Below the pieces are notes generated by a model. It was not told the origin of the DNA. It saw only the letters and a program-made list of their open reading frames with translations, and ran no database searches. Made by a program: the position numbers and the translations under genes. 62,146 bases of DNA from Acidimicrobiales bacterium (lineage in GTDB: Bacteria > Actinomycetota > Acidimicrobiia > Acidimicrobiales > AC-14), in assembly GCA_051001215.1 (NCBI GenBank), contig JBPCNP010000062.1, forward strand, positions 1-62,146, given 5' to 3'. Shown in pieces: positions 30,442-38,594 of the stretch (positions within the stretch are counted from its first letter, which is position 1; each line of letters begins with the position of its first letter).

Positions 30442-31262
30442 TCAAGTTTTCTGAGTTGTACCCAGCAGCGGCCAGCGGTCGCTGACGCTGGAGCCGTCGT
30501 CGCCGTAGGCGCTGACGATGTGGTCGAAACCACCTGGACCTTGGCCTTGAACAGCTCGGGCGGGTAGGGGCCGGCGGGCAGGTCGTCGTCGAGGACGTCG
30601 GGATCGTGGTGCGGACCTCTGGGGTGGTGGCTGACTTGCGCCGCCAGTCGAGCACGAGCTTGTCGTTCGGGTGGGTGAGCAGCCGCTTGGCGCTGGCCTT
30701 GACCACTTCCCGCTGGGCATCGTCGAGGACGGGCACCGGGTTGATGAGCAGGTCGAAGATCGCCAGCTCTTCCTCGGTCATGTCCTCGACGACGGCCCGT
30801 CGCGCCTCGGCGCTGAGGTCAAGGGACAGCGAGATGAGCATGCGCAGGTACTCGTCGATGTTGACGCTGTCGGCGTTGTAGTCGGCGATCAGCTCCTCGA
30901 TGCGCTCGGCCAGGGCGAAGTTCGACAGGAAGTCCTCATAGATCAGCCCGAAGGCGTCACCCGACAGCATGCGGGGGAGCGGGGAGAAGAGGCGGAGCAG
31001 CTCGACGAGGGTCGACTTCTCCAGCCGCTGGTAGCCCACCGACAACACGTCTCTGAGCTCGGGGTTGCTGGTCTCGACGAGGCGCGTGGCAGTGTCGACG
31101 GCGGCGCCGAGGTCCTGCTTCTCGGGAGGTGCACGAGATGGGAGAGCCGGGCCTCCTTGGGGATGACAGGACCGACCTGGCCCGGAAGTCATCGGCGGTG
31201 ACGGGCCGCCTGCCGTGGCCTTGGCCTCGGCAATCGTACGACTCCCTGGAGTTGCCGCTGAT
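30442..31262 (-). pseudogene. Remnant of a type I restriction-modification system: an hsdM 5' fragment fused to an hsdR 3' fragment, with frameshifts
   Basis: The minus strand reads VIPKEARLSHLVHLP / EKQDLGAAVDTATRLVETSNPELRDVL...GDAFGLIYEDFLSNFALAE, which is HsdM-like and has one frameshift near 31130. Around 30905 it joins directly to RIEELIADYNADSVNIDEYL...MTEEELAIFDLLINP...KLVLDWRRKSATTPEVRTTI...DVLDDDLPAGPYPPELFKAKVQVV / FDHIVSAYGDDGSSV, an HsdR C-terminal domain with a frameshift near 30530. No hsdS, methylase core or helicase core is present. Confidence 0.6.
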
Positions 31263-31407
31263 CATGCCGCCTCAATCTCCGGGAAGAGGGGGCCCGTCTA
31301 CGCCGAATGGGCCATTCATCCAGGTGCAAGGTGTCGCATCAGCTCTGGCCCGATTTTTTGGCAAATAGGGCTTGCGGCCGAACACCAGTTCGTATAAAAT
31401 GAACGGT

Positions 31408-32871
31408 ATGAGCACGGAGATGGGTTCCCGGGAAGCCGAGGCGGCACTTCTCGAGGGCGAGATCGCTGACGTGTGCGGGATTCTCAATGTGGCTACTGGC
31501 CGGCTCGTCTCGCTCATCGGGCGGGTGCTGGCTACTGAGTCCTACGCTGGGGCGGGCATCCGGTCGCCCGAGCAGTGGGTGGCGTGGAAGTGCGGTGTCT
31601 CACTGGGCCGGGCACGGGCCCTGGTGGCCATGGCCCGTCGCTTGCCCGAGCTTCCGAAGACTCGCACCGCCCTGGAGGCCGGTGAACTGGCCGAAGACCA
31701 GGTGGCGGTGATCTGTCGCTACACACCAGCACGCAACGACGGCGAGGCGGCCGACCTGGGTCGGGCGGCTACGGTGGCCCAGCTGAAGCGCACGCTGAGC
31801 CGCTACGCCTTCGACGAGCGGGTCCGGCCGCCCAAGCCGGAGCCCAAGCCGGAGCCGCCCAAGCGTGAGCCCGAGGGAACTGAGCCGGACGCGAAGCCGG
31901 AGCCGGAGCCTGAAGAGGCACGGCGGGCAAACTTCGGATTCGATGACGACGGGTCGTGGCGCATGTCGGCGGTGTTGCCGGCCGACGAGGGGGCCGTGGT
32001 CGAGCGGGCCCTGAGCGTGGCCCGCCAGCGCCTGTTCGGCGGCGACGCCGACCACACCGACGCCCCCAAGACGGTGTCGTGGGCCGATGCCCTGGTGGCC
32101 ATGGCCGAGACGTCGCTGGCGGCCGAGGCCGTCGCCCGTCCCCACTACGACCGCCACCTGGTGGTCATCCACGTCGGCGCCGACGACACCGGCCGGCCCA
32201 CCGGGCACCTCCACCTGGGCCCGGCCCTGCCCGACAGCCTGCGCCGGTTCATGACCTGTGACACCAAGGGCCGGGTGCAGGCCGATAACGGCGGCACCCC
32301 CCTCGGCGTCGGGCGAAAGGCCCGGATCGTGCCCGACCGCACCCGCCTCGCCATCGAAGAACGAGATGGCGGGTGTCGGGTCCCGGGTTGCGAGCGCACC
32401 CGCTGGTTGCACGTCCACCATATCCGGCATTGGGAGGATGGCGGAGCGACCGATACCGCCAACTTGATAGCCTTGTGCGGTCGACACCATCGCCTCCACC
32501 ACCGGGGCCAGCTCGGGATATCGGGCAACGCCGACCGCCCCGACGGCATCACCTTGACCGATGCCCGCGGTCGACCAATGGCTCCGAGTGGCACACCCAC
32601 GCCACCGACGAAGCCGCCACCGACGGGCAACTGGACCCATCCCACCGGTGAGCGCCTCGAAGACCGCTGGATCGACTTCGCCAGGCCGCCGGCCGGCCCG
32701 GCGGCCACCCCGGCGACCCCGAGCGAGGCGGCCGTCGCCTCCTTGGCCCGACCAGCCCTCGTCCAGCCCGAGCCGGCCCCCGGGGCCGTGTCACCGGAGC
32801 GGGACTATCCCGCCTTCATCAACCTCGATGACCCGATCTACGGGCTCGACGACGATGACGAGGTCGCTTGA
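31408..32871 (+). CDS. HNH endonuclease with a DUF222-like N-terminal domain (actinobacterial 13E12-type)
   Basis: The DUF222-like N-terminus (GRLVSLIGRVL...SPEQWVAWKCGVSLGRARALV...LEAGELAEDQV) and an HNH motif (CRVPGCERTRWLHVHHIRHWEDGGATDTANLIALCGRHHRLHH). The start is ATG 31408 or 31399, preceded by an AT-rich tataaa. Confidence 0.85.
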   Translation: MSTEMGSREAEAALLEGEIADVCGILNVATGRLVSLIGRVLATESYAGAGIRSPEQWVAWKCGVSLGRARALVAMARRLPELPKTRTALEAGELAEDQVAVICRYTPARNDGEAADLGRAATVAQLKRTLSRYAFDERVRPPKPEPKPEPPKREPEGTEPDAKPEPEPEEARRANFGFDDDGSWRMSAVLPADEGAVVERALSVARQRLFGGDADHTDAPKTVSWADALVAMAETSLAAEAVARPHYDRHLVVIHVGADDTGRPTGHLHLGPALPDSLRRFMTCDTKGRVQADNGGTPLGVGRKARIVPDRTRLAIEERDGGCRVPGCERTRWLHVHHIRHWEDGGATDTANLIALCGRHHRLHHRGQLGISGNADRPDGITLTDARGRPMAPSGTPTPPTKPPPTGNWTHPTGERLEDRWIDFARPPAGPAATPATPSEAAVASLARPALVQPEPAPGAVSPERDYPAFINLDDPIYGLDDDDEVA

Positions 32872-32939
32872 GGCAGACCGGCGAGGCGAATCATGCGGAC
32901 ATGTCTCGCCTACCTCTCACCGCCATTCGGCCACTGAGT

Positions 32940-34466
32940 TCACTCCCGGTCTGAACGCCCCTCCGGGTGTGCATACCGGGACCGGACCCAGACCAGCGCC
33001 AGCGCCGCCAGGCCGGCGACCACCAGGGGGCCGTCACCCAGGCGGGTGGCCGGTGTCCGGCCGTGGCGACGGGTCACGGTCGCCTGGACCACGGCCGAGC
33101 TCCCCAGGCGGCTGCGGTGGCGCACCCGGCCCTGGGCGTCGACCACTGCGCTGAAGCCGGTGGGCGCGGCCTGCACGAGGTCACGGCCCGTCTCGATGGC
33201 CCGCAGGCGGGCGGCGGCCAGCTCCTGGGCCGGCACCTGGGAGGTGGTGTACGACGAGGCGTTGGTGGGCACCAGCAGCACCTCGGCGCCGGCGCTCACC
33301 GCGGCCCGGGCCCGGTCGGCGAAGAACACCTCGTAGGAGATCATCACGCCGAGGCGCCCGGCCGGCGTGGCCAGGACGCCGGGCCCCTGGCCGGCGATGG
33401 CGTCGCGGGGCACGGCCGACAGGTCGGCCAGGCGGCTGACCAACCCTCGCAGCGGCACGTACTCGCCGAAGGGCACGCGATGGACCTTTTCGTAGGTGGC
33501 GACGACGGCACCGTCGGGGGCCCAGGCCACGGCGGCGTTGCGGAAGTGGTCGGCGCCGGCTGCGGTGACCACGCCGGCCACCGTGGTGGCGCCCAGGGTG
33601 CGGGCAACGTCGGCCACCGCCTGCTCCTGGGCCGAGCCGGCCAGGGGACCGTCGACGTTCACCACGTTCTCGGGGAACACCACCAGGTCGACGGGACGGA
33701 CCACGCCGGCACTCGCGGCCAGGTGGGCGTCGAGGGGCACCTGGGGGTCGACGTAGATGGCTCGCAGGCCCCGCTGGCCGCCTCCCTGCACGGCGGCGAC
33801 CCGCAACACGCCGCCCGGCACGGGCGATCCCGCGGGCGACACGGCGCCGCCCAGGGCCAGGGCCACCACTGCCGCCAGCCCTGCCAGCGGGCCCAGCACA
33901 GCCCTCGGGTTGAAGTGGGCAATGGCACCGAGGAGGGCGGCCAGGGCCGATCCCAGGCCTCCGACGAGGGCGACGAGCAGGAGGTCGCCGCCCAGACGGG
34001 CCGCGGGGGCCAGGGGCCCGCCGGCCTGGCCCAGGGCGATGCCGGCCAGGGGGAGGCCGCCGAAGGGCCAGTGCCCGCCCACCGCGCTGGCCGCCACCAG
34101 GGCGGCGGGGAAGGCTACGTGGCGCCCCCGGCCGGGCGGGACGGCGATCATGGCCAGCCCCACGAGGCCGGCTTCGAGCAGCGTGGAGGCCACGTAGCCG
34201 GGCGCCGAGAACTCGGTCATCCACCACAGGCCGGGGGCGTAGAGGCCCAGGCCGGCAGCCGCGCCCGCCAGGAGGCGGCGCGACCACGAACGGTTCGCCA
34301 GGCTGAGGGCGAGGCCGGCGGCTCCCACCGGAGCCAGTGGCCACCATCCCCAGGGCGGCAGGCTGGCGGCCAGCAGGGCCCCGGCGCCCAGCCCGGCCGC
34401 GGCCAGGGTCCGAGCGGGGTGGCGGGCCCGAGCGGCCCCCTGAGCCCCGGTCACCTCCACACTCAA
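32940..34466 (-). CDS. lnt: Apolipoprotein N-acyltransferase
   Basis: A multi-TM N-terminal half plus a CN-hydrolase domain (VVFPENV, YEKVHRVPFGEYVP, ISYEVFF, LLVPTNASSY). Confidence 0.9.
   Translation of the reverse strand: MSVEVTGAQGAARARHPARTLAAAGLGAGALLAASLPPWGWWPLAPVGAAGLALSLANRSWSRRLLAGAAAGLGLYAPGLWWMTEFSAPGYVASTLLEAGLVGLAMIAVPPGRGRHVAFPAALVAASAVGGHWPFGGLPLAGIALGQAGGPLAPAARLGGDLLLVALVGGLGSALAALLGAIAHFNPRAVLGPLAGLAAVVALALGGAVSPAGSPVPGGVLRVAAVQGGGQRGLRAIYVDPQVPLDAHLAASAGVVRPVDLVVFPENVVNVDGPLAGSAQEQAVADVARTLGATTVAGVVTAAGADHFRNAAVAWAPDGAVVATYEKVHRVPFGEYVPLRGLVSRLADLSAVPRDAIAGQGPGVLATPAGRLGVMISYEVFFADRARAAVSAGAEVLLVPTNASSYTTSQVPAQELAAARLRAIETGRDLVQAAPTGFSAVVDAQGRVRHRSRLGSSAVVQATVTRRHGRTPATRLGDGPLVVAGLAALALVWVRSRYAHPEGRSDRE
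34424..34445. repeat. Single copy of the dispersed repeat (gggcccgagcggccccctgagc) inside the 5' end of lnt
   Basis: A 22-nt string identical to 54892-54913. It encodes AQGAARA in lnt, the same peptide that the repeat encodes in hemH. Confidence 0.85.
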
Positions 34467-34549
34467 CTGCCAACGCAGGGGTGAGCGCCAACCACTGCGC
34501 CGGCCCCGATCGCTATAGGCCCGGGAGCTCTGCTAGTCCTGGTAGGGCG

Positions 34550-35803
34550 ATGGAGGCCACCACCACGAACGTCAGCATCACCACAGAAGGCAAGCCGCCG
34601 TTCCGGCTGGGCGACCCCATGCCACCCGAGTACCGGGCCGATCCCTATCCCCTCTACGACTGGATCCGCGAGAACGAGCCCGTCCACCGGGCCGCCGACG
34701 GCAACTGGGTACTGGTCCGCTACGCCGATGCCAGTGCCGTGCTGCGCGATCCCCGCTTCTCCAACAACCCCGAGTGGCTGGGGCCCGACGCGGTCAACGC
34801 CAGCTCGGTGCGGGTCCCCGGTTCACGGGTGATGATGTTCCTCGACCCGCCCGACCACACCCGCCTGCGTTCGCTGGTGAGCAAGGCCTTCACCCCCAAG
34901 GTGGTCGACGGCCTGCGCCCGCGCATCCAGGCCATCGTCGACGAGTCGCTCGACGCCGTGGCCGACCGGGGCGAGATGGACGTGCTCGCCGACCTGGCCT
35001 ACCCGCTGCCCACCATCGTCATCTGCGAGCTGCTGGGCATCCCACTGGCCGACCGGAAGCTGTTCAAGGACTGGTCGGCCGACGCCTCCCGCCTTCTCGA
35101 CGGCTACGTCGACGCCGACGCCCAGGTGCGGGGCATGGCCGCCACCATGCACCTGGCCCAATACTTCACCGACCTCATCGACGAGCGCCGGGCCAACCCG
35201 AAAGAGGACCTCCTCACGGCCATGATCGGGGCCGAGGAGGGGGGGACCAAGCTCACCCACGAGGAGCTGTTGACCACGGCCACCCTGCTGTTGCTGGCCG
35301 GCTTCGAGACCACCATGAACCTGGTGGGCAACGGCATGTTCATGCTGCTCCGCCACCCCGATCAGCTCGACCGGTTGCGCGACGACCCCTCCCTCGACCG
35401 TACCGCCGTCGAGGAGCTGCTTCGCTACGAGGGCCCGGTGCACATCACCGCCCGCATCGCCACCACCGACGTCGAGATCGGCGGCCAGGCCATCGCCAAG
35501 GGTGAGCAGATCGCCGTGTCGATCGCCGCCGCCAACCGCGATCCGTCCCAGTTCGCCGACCCCAACCGCCTCGACGTGGGTCGCTCCGACAACCGCCACC
35601 TGGCCTTCGCCGCCGGGGCCCACTTCTGCCTGGGCGCGGCGCTGGCCCGGATCGAAGCCCGGGCGGCGGTCACCACGCTGGTGCGACGCTTCCCCGACCT
35701 CCACCTGGTCGGCCCCGAACCGCAGTGGCGTGACCACTTCGTGGTGCGGGGGCTGAAGGAGCTCCGGGTGGGCTTCGACCCGGCTGCGGCTGGGTCCGCT
35801 TGA
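34550..35803 (+). CDS. Cytochrome P450
   Basis: The start is refined to the ATG at 34550. The I-helix (AGFETT), ExxR (EELLR) and Cys-ligand loop (FAAGAHFCLGAALAR) are present. Confidence 0.95.
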   Translation: MEATTTNVSITTEGKPPFRLGDPMPPEYRADPYPLYDWIRENEPVHRAADGNWVLVRYADASAVLRDPRFSNNPEWLGPDAVNASSVRVPGSRVMMFLDPPDHTRLRSLVSKAFTPKVVDGLRPRIQAIVDESLDAVADRGEMDVLADLAYPLPTIVICELLGIPLADRKLFKDWSADASRLLDGYVDADAQVRGMAATMHLAQYFTDLIDERRANPKEDLLTAMIGAEEGGTKLTHEELLTTATLLLLAGFETTMNLVGNGMFMLLRHPDQLDRLRDDPSLDRTAVEELLRYEGPVHITARIATTDVEIGGQAIAKGEQIAVSIAAANRDPSQFADPNRLDVGRSDNRHLAFAAGAHFCLGAALARIEARAAVTTLVRRFPDLHLVGPEPQWRDHFVVRGLKELRVGFDPAAAGSA

Positions 35804-37338
35804 ACATCGGGCGACCGGGGGGCGTAGGCTCGCGCATGGTGGACGACCGCCCGCTGTTGCTCCTTCTGTCCCCGGCGTGGCTGGGGACCGGCATCTTCCA
35901 GACCTTCGGGCACCGGATGCCCCCCATGTCGCTCATGACGCTCGGGGCTCACGCCCGGCGCTGCGGCTGGCGCACCCGCATCGTCGACCTGCAGTTCGAG
36001 AAGGTCCCCACCGACGTCACCCCCGACCTGGTGGGCATCACCGTCTGGACCATGAGCTGCCCGCAGTCCTACCGGGTGGCCGACGCCTTCCGGGCCAAGG
36101 GGGTGCCGGTCGTGCTGGGTGGCGTGCACCCGTCGCTGCTGCCCGAGGAGGCGCTGTGCCACGCCGACTCGGTGGTGTGCGGCGAGGCCGACAGCATCAT
36201 CGACCAGGTCCTGGCCGACGCCGCCGCCGGTTGCCTGCAACCGCTCTACAAGGGCGAGTGGCTGGGGATGGAAACGGTGCCGACGGCCGACACGTGGGCG
36301 GCCGACCTCAAGCGTGTCCCCCTCACCCGGTACGCCCCCCTGAACACCCTGCAGACCACGCGGGGGTGCCGGTTCAACTGCGACTTCTGCTCGGTGATCC
36401 GCATCAACGGCCGTGGCTCGCGCCACAGCGACCCCGACCGGGTGGTCGACGAGATCAACGTCATCAAGAAGGCCGGCCAGCACATCGGCGGGTTCGCCTA
36501 TGTCTTCTTCCTCGACGACGACCTGGCCGCCGACCTCGAGTACACCGAGCTCCTCTGCGAGACCATCATCCGGCGCAAGTGCAAGGTCACGTGGGGTGCC
36601 CAGGCTTCGATCGGGCTGGCCAAGAACCCCAAGCTGATCGATCTGGCCGCCCGGGCCGGGTGCCGGGTGGTGTTCACCGGTTTCGAGAGCGTGTCGCGCG
36701 ACAGCCTGGTGGAGGCCAACAAGAAGAACCGCCCGGGCGAGTACGGCGAGCTCATCGAGGCCCTGCACCGCCGGGGCATCGCCGTCGAGGGTGGGTTCAT
36801 CTTCGGCTTCGACACCGACGGTCCCGGCGTGTTCGACGAGACGGTGCAGGTGGTCGACAGCATCGGGGTCGACGTGGCCCATTTCGCCGTGCTCACGCCC
36901 TACCCGGGCACCCACACCTTCGCCCGCATGGCCTCCGAGGGTCGCATCACCAGCTACGACTGGAAGCGCTACAACCTCTACACGCCGGTGTTCGAGCCGG
37001 CCAAGATGACGGCGAACGAGCTGTCCGAAGGCCTGCGCCGGGCCTACCGGAACTTCTACGCGGTTCGCCCCCGGGCCCGTCGCTTCTGGAAGGAGGCCCG
37101 CCGGCGCGATCCCCGGTTCCATCTGGCCCTGACCCTGGCCAACCAGAACTACGCCACGCGCTACCGCAATCCCCACCTCTCGCCGGAGGCGGGGTACGAG
37201 GCCGACCCCGAGCACATCGGCCGCCTCATCACCGCATCGGAGGCACCCGCCCAGGAGGCGCTGAACGTGGCCTTCGCCAACGTGCGCCTCATGCCCAAGC
37301 CGGCGACCCGTCCCGTCGCCGCCCCCGCCGGCAGCTAG
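35800..37338 (+). CDS. B12-binding-domain radical SAM protein (class B)
   Basis: An N-terminal cobalamin-binding-like Rossmann region (LVGITVWTMS...VPVVLGGVHPS) and a CxxxCxxC cluster (TTRGCRFNCDFC). The TTG at 35800 overlaps the P450 stop; ATG 35836 is the alternative start. Confidence 0.9.
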   Translation: MNIGRPGGVGSRMVDDRPLLLLLSPAWLGTGIFQTFGHRMPPMSLMTLGAHARRCGWRTRIVDLQFEKVPTDVTPDLVGITVWTMSCPQSYRVADAFRAKGVPVVLGGVHPSLLPEEALCHADSVVCGEADSIIDQVLADAAAGCLQPLYKGEWLGMETVPTADTWAADLKRVPLTRYAPLNTLQTTRGCRFNCDFCSVIRINGRGSRHSDPDRVVDEINVIKKAGQHIGGFAYVFFLDDDLAADLEYTELLCETIIRRKCKVTWGAQASIGLAKNPKLIDLAARAGCRVVFTGFESVSRDSLVEANKKNRPGEYGELIEALHRRGIAVEGGFIFGFDTDGPGVFDETVQVVDSIGVDVAHFAVLTPYPGTHTFARMASEGRITSYDWKRYNLYTPVFEPAKMTANELSEGLRRAYRNFYAVRPRARRFWKEARRRDPRFHLALTLANQNYATRYRNPHLSPEAGYEADPEHIGRLITASEAPAQEALNVAFANVRLMPKPATRPVAAPAGS

Positions 37339-37348
37339 CGAACGACCG

Positions 37349-37555
37349 ATGGCCCGACCCAGTGGCGTGGCCCGGCGGGCCCTGGGAGCGACGTTCAGCG
37401 TCGGCCTTGCCCTGGGCCTGCGCGAGGCGCTGCAACCCGAGCCGTCGTCGCCCATCGTGATCATCGACGAGGAACGTGAGCCACCGCCGTTGGGTCCGGT
37501 GACGCTCTTCTTCCATCCTGCCGTCCCCGAGGCGACGCTGATCCTCGTCCGGTAG
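37349..37555 (+). CDS. Small hypothetical protein (68 aa) immediately downstream of the radical SAM gene
   Basis: The ORF starts 11 nt after the rSAM stop and its third-position G+C looks coding-like by eye. I recognise no family and it may not be translated. Confidence 0.3.
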   Translation: MARPSGVARRALGATFSVGLALGLREALQPEPSSPIVIIDEEREPPPLGPVTLFFHPAVPEATLILVR

Positions 37556-37589
37556 GGCCAGAGGGCTGCGCGGGCCCGGGCCACGACCG

Positions 37590-37871
37590 ATGAATCGGCG
37601 CCCCCGGCGGCGTCTCTACCGCAGCGTGGGGTCCGACACCGAGATCGTGCTCGTCGCCCCGGATGGCGCCGAGATGGCCAGGTGGGCGCTCCCGGCGATG
37701 CGCCTCCCCGACCTGTCGGTGGTGGACGCCCTGGCCCGGCTCCAGCTCAGGGCCCGGCGGTCGGGCTGCACGATCCGACTGGTCGACCCCTCGCCGCAGC
37801 TCTCGGAGCTGCTCGACCTCGCCGGCTTGATGGGTGAGGAAGGCCAGGACCGGGTAAGTATCCCATGGTGA
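37590..37871 (+). CDS. Short STAS-domain-like protein (anti-sigma-antagonist fold, no phosphorylatable Ser motif)
   Basis: LPDLSVVDALARLQLRARRSGCTIRLVDPSPQLSELLDLAGL matches the C-terminal STAS pattern (..iDssgl.aL..l.r.a...g..l.L......v..ll.l.gl). Confidence 0.45.
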   Translation: MNRRPRRRLYRSVGSDTEIVLVAPDGAEMARWALPAMRLPDLSVVDALARLQLRARRSGCTIRLVDPSPQLSELLDLAGLMGEEGQDRVSIPW

Positions 37872-38566
37872 AGATCCCTCTTGAATCGGTCGCCTACCGC
37901 GAAGGTGCTGTCCCGCGACCGGACATGGTGAGCGTGGTCGACGAGACCGCCACCAAGGAGAACGCCAAACCGCCCGGGCCCACGGGCGACGCCGCCGGCC
38001 TCGAGCTGGAGACGAAGCTGTCGGTGCAGGCCTGGGTACGCAACGTCGACCCCACCAAGTACAGCTGGGTAGACCTTCACGTCTTCGACGAGAACGACCA
38101 GCTCATCCGGGCCGAGACGTTGGCCCTGGACTGGCTTGAGGCTGCGGGCGACGACGGCGACATCTTCGCCTTCGAGGGAAGCATCTACCGGGGGACCGGA
38201 GCGGTAGGCGGGTCGGTGTGGTTCGGTGAGGATGCCCGCAAGTTGCAGTACCGGCTGTACTACGAGGTCAACGGCACGGTCTTCAGCGATGGCGTGTTGC
38301 GCCAGCACGAAGTGACGGCCGACGCCGAGGTGATGAACCCCTCGCACTCGACAGCAAAACCCCGCCGCACGGCCAAGGCGCCGTCGTCGGGCATCAAGGT
38401 GGCGTCCAAGTCGGCGCCCGCCGAGTCGGGCCCGGAGAGGCCGTCCACGGCCAAGCGGTCCACAGCCAAGCGGTCAGTGGCCAAGCGGTCAGTGGCCAAG
38501 CCATCGGCGGCCAAGCCATCGGCAGTCGAGCCATCGCCGGCCAAGCCGGCTCGGCGAGCCGGCTGA
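37865..38566 (+). CDS. Hypothetical protein: beta-rich N-terminal domain (CBM21-like by eye) plus a Lys/Arg/Ala/Ser-rich repeat tail
   Basis: The ATG at 37865 overlaps the STAS gene stop (ATGGTGA). The tail STAKRSTAKRSVAKRSVAKPSAAKPSAVEPSPAKPARR is encoded by 7 x 15-nt repeats (38450-38554). Confidence 0.55.
   Translation: MVKIPLESVAYREGAVPRPDMVSVVDETATKENAKPPGPTGDAAGLELETKLSVQAWVRNVDPTKYSWVDLHVFDENDQLIRAETLALDWLEAAGDDGDIFAFEGSIYRGTGAVGGSVWFGEDARKLQYRLYYEVNGTVFSDGVLRQHEVTADAEVMNPSHSTAKPRRTAKAPSSGIKVASKSAPAESGPERPSTAKRSTAKRSVAKRSVAKPSAAKPSAVEPSPAKPARRAG
38450..38554. repeat. Tandem repeat, 7 x 15 nt (gccaagcggtcagtg and variants)
   Basis: Read directly in the DNA. It encodes the AK(R/P)S(V/A) pentapeptide repeats. 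Confidence 0.9.
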
Positions 38567-38594
38567 CGCGTCCGAGCGTCCTCGTCCCCGACCT

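Noticed and set aside
35425-37584. 719-aa minus-strand ORF covering the radical SAM gene, and similar long antisense ORFs at 19748..21472, 5746..7299, 23480..25291, 25551..26849 and 12464..13792
   Set aside because: Each lies opposite a gene with clear family signatures (rSAM CxxxCxxC, citrate synthase, asd/lysC, amt, PQQ dehydrogenase, exonuclease). All show Arg/Gly/Pro/His-biased nonsense composition.
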